In this document: positions 54,901-64,000 of the stretch, one piece after another
How positions within the stretch are numbered: position 1 is the stretch's first letter
Layout: each line of letters begins with the position of its first letter
Source of the DNA: Trichoplax adhaerens
Taxonomy: Eukaryota; Animalia; Placozoa
Length of the DNA: 64,000 nt
NCBI RefSeq assembly: GCF_000150275.1
Contig: NW_002060961.1
Span: 682,568 to 746,567, forward strand
Direction of reading: 5' to 3'
The notes under the pieces: generated by a model
The model's input: the letters and a program-made list of their open reading frames with translations, nothing else
What the model was told of the DNA's origin: nothing
Database searches by the model: none
Translations under genes and position numbers: made by a program

Positions 54901-57699
54901 GATTTATACGTATCTTTAGGATGATTCGATTTTTTAAATTAATTTTTATCCTGGATAAATAATTTGATATAGACAAAGTTTTGTACAGGTGTAGTGTTAT
55001 CGTTTAGAAATAATTTTTCTCTTATAATTTTGATTCACTTACTAACATTACAGATGAAGAATAAGCAAAAATGGGTAGTTGTGTGAGTTTTTTCGTAATA
55101 CTGAATCAGTCGTTGTTATACAGTATGATATACAGTATGGCAATGTTTGAATAATAGATGACGATGCCGTCGTAAACAGTTTTATCAATACTATATCGGA
55201 CTAAATTATTCTATTGGTTTATCATGCTAATTAAAAATGTTATTATGTCGTTATTGTCAAGGCAATTTGTATTGATGCCCTGACTGAATTAAGAATATAT
55301 TGGTCATGTTGGCGTATGATATAGTATGATGTTTCAGTACAAATCTATCTAATATAGTAAAGATATACGGTATAGTATAGTAAATTTTCCACTTCAATTA
55401 AAAGTAATTATTGTTATTATGGTATCGCAATTAGGTTTTTCTGAAGTAGATACACCTTTCTATGCTAAGGAAAGTTGATTTTGCTATGATTGGCTTTTAT
55501 TTTGGGAAAGATTGATTTGAAAGCCTATTGATACTGATCAAAATTAAAAAATAGTGATTATACGCTTACGATATATTTACCTCTTGATACTAGTTACAGT
55601 ACTGGTTAAAAAATGGATATATTACAAAGTCTAATCATGGTTTGTATTAAATATAATACAGACCATCGTTAGTCGTTGTGTTCCTACTCAATACCACACA
55701 TTAAAGGCCATGAAGGCGAGTCCTGATGTATTTTTTATTAGCAGTATAGAATGTTAATGGATAAAATTACCACTTGTTACCTAGAACAATGTATAGGATA
55801 AACAAGGTTGCTCGTCGTATTAATATGCTATGAAAAGGGTTAATCAACGAGCTCGTAGCAACTTTCTTATTTTTTCATAAAGTCACTATTTTACGTATAA
55901 TAATAATTTTTAAATGGAGGTCCCAAAAATGTTATACTGTATCGCATTGGGCAAATCTTGCGGTATTTGGATTATAACCAAAGGTATGGATTTACGAGTC
56001 GATAAAATGTTCTCCTGACTCGAGCCATTCCTTTTTTATTCAAGTACATTGATATAGCACGTAGGAGATTGTGAGCCACTAATATACTTTATTTCTACTG
56101 TATACCATATAGAGAATATCTTCAAGTCAGAAATAGTCAAAATGTACTGTTGTGGCCAATCTACTGACGTATAAAAAGTGAATGGATCGCTAAGGAGTGC
56201 TATATTCAACTGTTAGTTGTCCCTATTTAGATATACGCGTCTGTGTACGTATTTTCATAACCAGCATCATTTTTATTATAGAAGATATTGACAATGTTGA
56301 TTGCTGTAGTAATGTACTGTAAATTAGAATCGTCATGATTGTTAATATCAGTCGTAAATGGTAAAAAAAAGTGATATCTAAAGTCTTTAAGCTAAAACTA
56401 CACGAATATTATAGAAATTCTTGCATCGACCCTGGATTTTAAAATGATATATAAACTGACGGAATACTAGTATGTCAGAGGAGAGACCAACACCTACAAA
56501 ATCAATAGTGGTCGAAGTTAAGAAGGAACTTCTTAACTTTGAACATACAGTACTGTAGATGTAGCTATGGTAACCATGATGATCATAATACCATTTAATA
56601 CGAATACTACTGTATTATTTACTGGTTCTATTGATTATCATGGATGGACGGCAATCAGCTTTTAATAGAAATTAGCGAAGTATGCTTTAGATTTGGCCTA
56701 CTGTTTATACCAGTTTCTACTCTACACAAGTATCATATATACGAGTTATATTATACACGTATTAGGATACCTGACAGTTAAAAAATTCCTCGCCAATCCT
56801 TCCGACTTTGGAGGGTTTAAATGACTACAATAATGAATGGAAAAATACGAGGTAGATATCCTATTCTACTTTGTCTGATACTTGTTACTAGCTGAATGCT
56901 AGCCGTACAACTTGAAATAGAATAATAATAATATTGGTCTACTGGATAGTATATTGATAAGTCTAAACAGTATATATCGCGAAGGGCGGGATGCCATCTT
57001 GTCCTACTCGTCTTGATTGCTACTGTACTGACAGGGCAATCGATGTCGTTGTTGGAAAATTCTGCATTGCAAACAGGCTGTTAGTCTAGAATAAATTATC
57101 AAATGATCAAGTGAGTAATATTAATATCGGGGGGGGGGGATATCCATAAAATCTTATTTATTTCATATTGAAAATTTTATTCAGCACCATGGTGAGTAAA
57201 ATGGTTACTGCTAGGCGAGCTTGATTATATCGATCGATTATTTGACATCCTCATACTGTGCTAGCAAAATATTGGGATCGTAGGTCACCTGTGTAAAACA
57301 GATGTCATCTATGAACAAAATGTTTGCAGTATAACGTCGAGATTTTATGATATTTTATTTCACACATTTGTCTACGGCGTTTAGAGCCGCTCACACATTT
57401 CAAAAGTCTCCTATCTACATCGTACTTAAGATGAAAATAAGAATATCAATCTATGAATAGAATACCCAGGCTATGGTAATTTACGTTCATGATCGAGAGA
57501 ATTTGGTTACAAGTTCTTGCTTAGAATGACCTTCAGCTTGAAACTTGTTGTATGCCAGCTGATATTGCACGATAACTGTGAGTTTTAGTCAATGGTAGAT
57601 TACTATGCATTGTGTAGTACTGTAGGCAAAGCAATACACGATTATAAAAGCCCTCTTCGATACTTTCATTTTACCCTTGTATATTATATTTTAATGGAA

Positions 57700-58418
57700 G
57701 GCTTGGCTTTTTGTCAACCACACACTACAAGAAAAAATGGCTGTTAACAACGAGTCAAATTAGCCGGCCGACTCGCTGGCTGGTCATTTCAAGTATACCG
57801 TCTACCTTGAACCGTACACTATACTGTCCTCCTGAGTCCAATACTGTCGTTAGCCAGCCCATTTTGGGCAATCATTAGTCGTCGCCATTCCCTTTCTTCC
57901 AGCTAAGAGAGAGATGATAGCCTATTTTAGGGGCAGTGACACGGATAAAAGCACCAGTTCTCATGATTCCATAGTGACTGCTCTGTTAGTCTGCCAAATA
58001 TAGCAATAAATGAAGATCAATCCATTTCATTTTTTTCAACAAAATGGCGTCAACAATTTTGCGAGGAGGAATCTTCTTTCCTTTGTTGATGTCTTACAGT
58101 GAAATCCAGACGCTTTCGGTTCAGCTTTGGACCGTAGATTACAGTACTTGCTACGGTACGGTATCGTACCGTGGACGACAAGACCGGAAAAATTTTCAGT
58201 ATAATTTTTTGCCTAGTCAGTGGCCATTCAATGTCCTCCATGACAGCGATGATGTTGAGAGTGGCGTCCATGAATTCAACTTGTTACGCTAATAGCGATG
58301 TTATTCTTGGCAAGGATGATCTATTAGAATGATAAGATGATTTATTGATTGCTGTTATTGCCAGAATTTCGGTTTCGCTTTCAGCTATTGGACGATATAC
58401 GCCTAGAGAGTGAGAATC
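57700..58418. promoter_or_regulatory. GC-richer promoter region between the divergent anoctamin and USP genes, with YY1-like motifs
   Basis: CAAAATGGCG at 58040, AAAATGGCTG at 57734, reverse-strand CGCCATT at 57883; CpG-rich; hairpin at 58151-58174. Confidence 0.55.
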
Positions 58419-61400
58419 ATGGCCGCTGAATGTGCTCAATTATTGCAGAGTATTATCGACAGTCAACATGAAAGCGCAGTCAAACGCTCTGCTATTATAA
58501 CACTGTTAAATTATAATGCCAATAATCAACCATCTGCTGTGGCATCAATAGATGTATTGCAAGTTGCTGTCCAATGGTTTCTGTATACAGATATACCATT
58601 AAAGAATCAAATGGCGACAATCTTGTTGAAATTTATTGTTCAATCCGATATGGAATTTTGTATGCGTCAATTGATGAGCGCTCATCGTTTACAACAACTA
58701 CTGTTACAAAGTACCAATGTCGATCAACTTCGTATTGCACAATTTTTCCATTCTATTATGATGGTTATCAACCGTGTTGGTCATATTAAGATAGATCAGC
58801 AAGTATTAGAGGTATTGCTAGCTTGCATGATTTCTTGGGATAACATAGAAACGATTGTCAAAATGGCATCACAATTAGTCGATCATTGTCGTCAACAAGG
58901 TTATTCAAGCCAACTTTGTCTTGTTCTAGTGATGTGCATCGCTCGTAATCATCAACATCATCCTGCTAAGCATCACACTATACATACTGATACAACAACA
59001 GAAAATATTTTAAAGGTGATTGATCAAATGTCCAAGTTAATTGGCGTACTATGTCAAGATCAATCCATTGCTCTTCATTATACGATTACATCAATCCTAA
59101 GCTTAGCCATGTCCATCAATATCTCAATAACTATTCCTGACATACCTGGTGGCTCATTGCGTGATGCTGTCTTACGTTATTCACCCCTCAATCCATCGCC
59201 TTTCGTAGCTTATGCACTCAAGTATGTTTCAACGACGAGTATTAATCAGTCAGTACTAGACATCGCTAGACATACTGTTCCATTTCCTGATGCCCTACTC
59301 TCTTTAGCTGCTGAAAGATTACTGGACTGGATGGATTTATTACTGTCAAAATCAACTCATCTTGACGATGCTGCTCCTGGATGGTTAGCTTGTATACTTC
59401 AATTTTTTGTAACTATGATTGACCATGGTCGAGATAAAGTTATCGATAGTGTACTTCGAAGTAAAATTGATCAGGTTAGTTGTCATTTATTACTATCGGT
59501 TGTTATTGACATTGATTAAAAGGTAGTACAACATCATGATTTGTCAAAAAGCGATAAATGCTAGAATTTATGTCAAACATTTGTGCTAACTTTGCAAAAG
59601 TTGGATGCAAGTAAAAGTGGTTATATATTTCTTACTTTATAGATATGCCGCTGTCTCCAGAACAAACATGCATGCTCTTCAATGATACCCCTAGTTCACT
59701 TGATATTGTGCCGTCATTATCATTCTATTGATATTGTTTCCAAGGTATAATCTTTTACATGTAATGCCATAATTATGAAATTGGGCCTTATCTTTGGTCT
59801 AGGGAGAAAGAGCTATTACTTACATTATATATAAAAATAATTTTTTTCATTATTGTGTACTACTGTATTATGATATTGTTTCTATATGCTATTCCATAGC
59901 AGTAAATTTATTTATTTACACTTTGACATTATCAGCTGTTACTGATACAGTTACTCTGACTAGTTTCCCTAAGTTGACTTTTTAATTGCCAGGTCATCAA
60001 TCACTTTCTTTCGATATTGGATACACTCTATCAAGATCCTGACTTATTCCCATCCTATAAGAAATGTTGCCAAATCGTACATGCGCTATATTACTCTATT
60101 CCAAACTATCAAAAATTACTTAGACCAATTTTTAATCATACAAAGGTAATTTTATCCGATTGCAATGCATGCTAATATTTTTATTTAAGATAGATACGCA
60201 GCGACCATATCGATGGTTTACTTTGTACAAAAAAATTAAAGTATGAAGGTATCATTAAAATCAATTTCTCGCTTATTTTTTAATGTAGTATGTTCCTAAA
60301 GAAGAAGAATTAACATCTTTACTATCAGAATATGAGGTCGTTGATCGTGGAAGCTATTTAAGAAATCGATCGTTAATAATAAAGAAGATTGGCTTAGATA
60401 ATTTAGGCAATACCTGTTATATGAATAGTATTCTGCAGGTCCTATATATGATTGATGGGTTAGTCATGATTATACGTATAGCACTGACAACATGTACAGT
60501 ACTATTAGCAACTTTAATCATCACGCAGATAGAAATTGATAATGATAAAAAAATTGTTGATGGTGTTTGTTGTACTAAAAAATTTATATTTACGGTTTGA
60601 CATCTGTAGCTTTCGAAAATTTATCATTAGCTCTACATTTGATGGAAAGCAACCATTATTAATAGAATTGCAGAGATTATTCGTATATTTAACATTATCG
60701 CAGGTATGCTAACGTTCTATATTGCTAATAATTGCTTACGTTATCCTGATGTAACTATTGCAATCTCATGATGATGATTCAAGTTTATAGCTACAAATGC
60801 TGTTACCTACTAAAGAGATTTAACGTTTTGCTTGTAGAGGGAATCTATATGTCCTCGCGAATTTGCAAGATTATCACGCCCAAAATGGTTTCAAGAATTT
60901 GAACAACAAGACAGTTCAGAATTTTTAAAATATTTATTAAGTTCATTTGATAAAGAAGAGAAATTGCAAAATCGCAGTCGAAACGATATTCAACATTTCT
61001 TTCAAGGGGAATTTGTTAACCATATTAGGTGTAGAAAGTGCAACAACGTAATGCAACACAAAGAAGAATTCTTAGATCTTATGCTTGCGTTTGGTAATGA
61101 AAATGGTAAAGAAATATATCTGTATATATGTATATTTTAGCTAGTTGCAATCTATGTTTACTTTCTTTGTAATCATTGAACCTGATAATCTATAACAATA
61201 ATCAACTTTATTTAATGTTTCTTTTTATTTTGTTTAAAATACTTTTCTATTATTGGTTGATGGATCATAACTTCATTGACAGCGGATACATTAACAACCA
61301 ATGCTAATTCTATGCCAGATAAAGCAACAAGTAGCAATTCAACTACCGCCCATCGCAGTCTCAATAATTATTTAGATAACGATACTCATGTTCATACTGG

Positions 61401-62784
61401 ATATTCCTTGCAAGCTTTACTGGAGAAATTTTTATCTGAAGAGCAATTATTGGTTGATCAAGGCAATTCTTACTCTTGTGATCGATGTAATGAAAGTACT
61501 GATGCGGAAATTATGCGAACACTTACGAAATTACCACCTTGTTTAATCCTGTCGCTGCAAAGATTTTCTTACAATACTTTAACTCATAAGCGATCGAAAA
61601 TTTTTCGTAAGGTACACTTTCCTAATGAAATATCCTTACCATGTCACATGGCGGATCAGTCCAGTAGTAGTGAAAGTGATGATATGACGGAATTGTCTTC
61701 TGGAATATTGAAGAAGGAGGATCCATTGTATTCTATGTCTCAAGAATACAAATTGATAGGATATAATTTGCACTCTGCTGTAATTCATTCTGGTCTAACA
61801 GCTGATGGTGGGCATTACTACAGCATAGTTAAGACGCCTTTGGATTGCAATCGCCGCGATAACGTTCCTGTGGCTGAAGTTACTGACAATGGCTCTGGAT
61901 GGATAATATTTAACGATACTCATGTTCAATGTAATGATAATTCTAATGCATTAAACAATATCGGTCGTGATCACTTTTACGAGGTTGCGTACATATTGTT
62001 TTATATGCGGCATGATTTTCAAGTTGATGAATGTAATTCTCCTCATTCAAGGAACTCCATGTGTGGAGATTTGCTTATGAAGCAAGATTTAGTTCGCGAA
62101 GTCATTCTTGATAATGCAAGATATGCGCAGGTATTTGGAATTAAGAATTTACTCGTTAAATAAGATAAGATTCTATTACTTATTACATTGAAAATTATTT
62201 ACGAAGTAGAACTTTGTATTTATTAATTGCAAGTATCACGTAAAAAAGTTTCCATATTATGACGTATTGTTGATGCAAGTTCACTTCTACCTTAAAACAC
62301 TTTGCGTACATTCCGATAGAAATGAATATGTAATGAAATTTTGAAAATTATTGTCATTAATTGTCTAATCTTACTTAATTGGTAATGCAACGATAAAGTA
62401 TCTTACACGTAACGGGTCTAGCTTAAATTATTTGAAAATGATTAGTTACTTTGAGCAAGAGTAGTACTTTATATTGCATGCATATTCCATGTAATGAATT
62501 GACTAAATCAGATTTATCGGTGTAGTTGTTCATTTACTAAGAACGGTTGTGATAGCTTATAAAATTTTTCCTCTGATTTTTTACATTTTAATTGAATAAA
62601 TAACGGTTTATACTGTTGACAATGAATAATTTTTAAATACTAATAGGAAAATCAGTCCAAGAAATCGGAGAATATTACCAAATTAAGGAATCTGGGTCCC
62701 GATGATAATAATAACGACGATGCTGGTTCATCTGGTAGTAACAACCGAGATTATGACATTCCTATAAATCGATATATATACTAA
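58419..62784 (+). CDS. USP38: Ubiquitin carboxyl-terminal hydrolase, USP35/USP38 family; exons 58419-59474, 59643-59744, 59993-60145, 60289-60458, 60610-60703, 60838-61105, 61283-62130, 62647-62784
   Basis: N-terminal helical domain with ERLLDWM; Cys box GLDNLGNTCYMNSILQ; QQDSSEFLKYLL; Zn ribbon CRKC/CDRC; His box HSGLTADGGHYYS; WIIFND; AYILFY; VILDNARYAQE; C-terminal NRYIY. The catalytic triad is intact. It is probably co-orthologous to both USP35 and USP38. Confidence 0.88.
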
Positions 62785-64000
62785 TATAGTTATTATTAAA
62801 TGTTATTATCGATATATATTATGAATTGTCTTGTCATCGGTCGTGTTGATACCAGTCCTTTGTAAAGATATATAAATTAACGTAGGATTGCTAGTACTCT
62901 TTAATCATGCCGTATAATTCTTTATTTTATTGAGCTATAATTGAACCATTCTCTATACTATGAAGTCTATTTTGGTCGTATTATTATTTATGATATGCTC
63001 TGTGTAACGTCATTGCATATACATTCCATTTTATAATACACTTGGTAATTTTTAAATGATACGATAAATAGGGCAGTGAGTTTAATTTACTTAGATTTCA
63101 AAGTCTACGTTTGTGGACATATGTACAGTACAGTAATGTATGCTTGAATCACTTCATCTAAAGTTATGTGCGCATAATGAATAACTCCATGGTTCGTAAG
63201 CTATACGTAGACGTATAAATACCTTGCACTTGCTATTTCTTGGTCAAGGGTAGAAAGATAGGATCAGACTTAATTTGTGTGAGATTATATCGGTTAATCT
63301 ATCAGTAATATTCTATTGAACGCTCGGTATAAACTTGAATGATTTTTGTAATTAAATTTTTTGGCACTTTCGGTTGAGAAGCATCGATCGAATACTGTAT
63401 TAACTGTAGGATTTTAGAATATGAATATAAATATTTGTATGTATGGAACGCGGCTGAGATATGACCCTTCCTAAGCACGAGTATAGCTATTCATTCATTA
63501 CAGTGTCAGATTTACTTGGATATCATGTATAATGATAATATATTTTGTATTACCAGTATAACGGAAAATATTTACAAGGGATGATTATTAATATATAATG
63601 ATCAAGTTTAATATGGATATTTAAAAATTATTAAATTTAAAATCTTGAATTTATGAACATCTTCAAATATCTGTATATTAATTATCATACAAGCTATAAA
63701 GTAAGAATACTACTTCCTAATGTCCACGGTGCTCATTGATAATCGCCATTATAGCAATCAGTTTCACTTACATAGTATTACGATTGTTATGTATTGTATG
63801 AGTTTACCGTTTCAATTGGAATTATTGACAACTGTCTTCATAAGTAAAAAACAGTTTGCTTAGTTAATTTTAAGCTTGCTACATGGAATGAGCAATTCTT
63901 AATCGATGATTAATATGTAGTGTAATGAAACATGAAAGGGTCACTCTTTTATAGGGCCTTACTATCATGCAATTGGAGATCATTGATAGTGGATAGCTTG

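Noticed and set aside
57129-57139. G11 run (and C11 run at 25796-25806) as G-quadruplex elements
   Set aside because: Isolated homopolymers without four separated G-tracts; run length is also unreliable in assemblies.
58044-58292. Overlapping 82-aa (+) and 73-aa (-) ORFs, or an snRNA with an Sm-like AATTTTTTG
   Set aside because: No recognisable protein or U-snRNA core motifs; better explained as GC-richer promoter/5' UTR sequence (kept only as a possible uORF).

Overview
Eukaryotic (animal) genomic DNA. It is AT-rich, with many short spliceosomal introns and compact genes; a placozoan-like basal metazoan (Trichoplax-type) is my inference, not something I could verify. Six protein-coding genes can be reconstructed by eye, in order: (1) a NEURL4-C-terminal-type ADP-ribosyltransferase-fold gene (+, 5' end possibly outside the window); (2) CCDC138 (-); (3) POLR1E/PAF53/RPA49 (+), head-to-head with CCDC138; (4) after a ~19 kb gene-free stretch, a Fat1/2/3-type giant protocadherin (+, ~4738 aa in only 3 coding exons, one of 11.6 kb); (5) an anoctamin/TMEM16 (-); (6) a USP35/USP38-type deubiquitinase (+), head-to-head with the anoctamin. 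I found no prokaryotic elements, CRISPR array, tRNA/rRNA or transposase. Less obvious signals: a palindromic TAC-N-GTA heptamer clustered at inferred promoters; a ~1.4 kb ATG-depleted, uORF-containing leader before the Fat start codon; six unrelated degenerate tandem-repeat families with ~90-140 bp units; two GC-AG introns; a 23-nt microexon; an ART-like domain whose putative catalytic Glu column is altered; and Fat-USP35/38 linkage that mirrors human paralogons. All exon coordinates and motif counts were made by eye and need computational confirmation.
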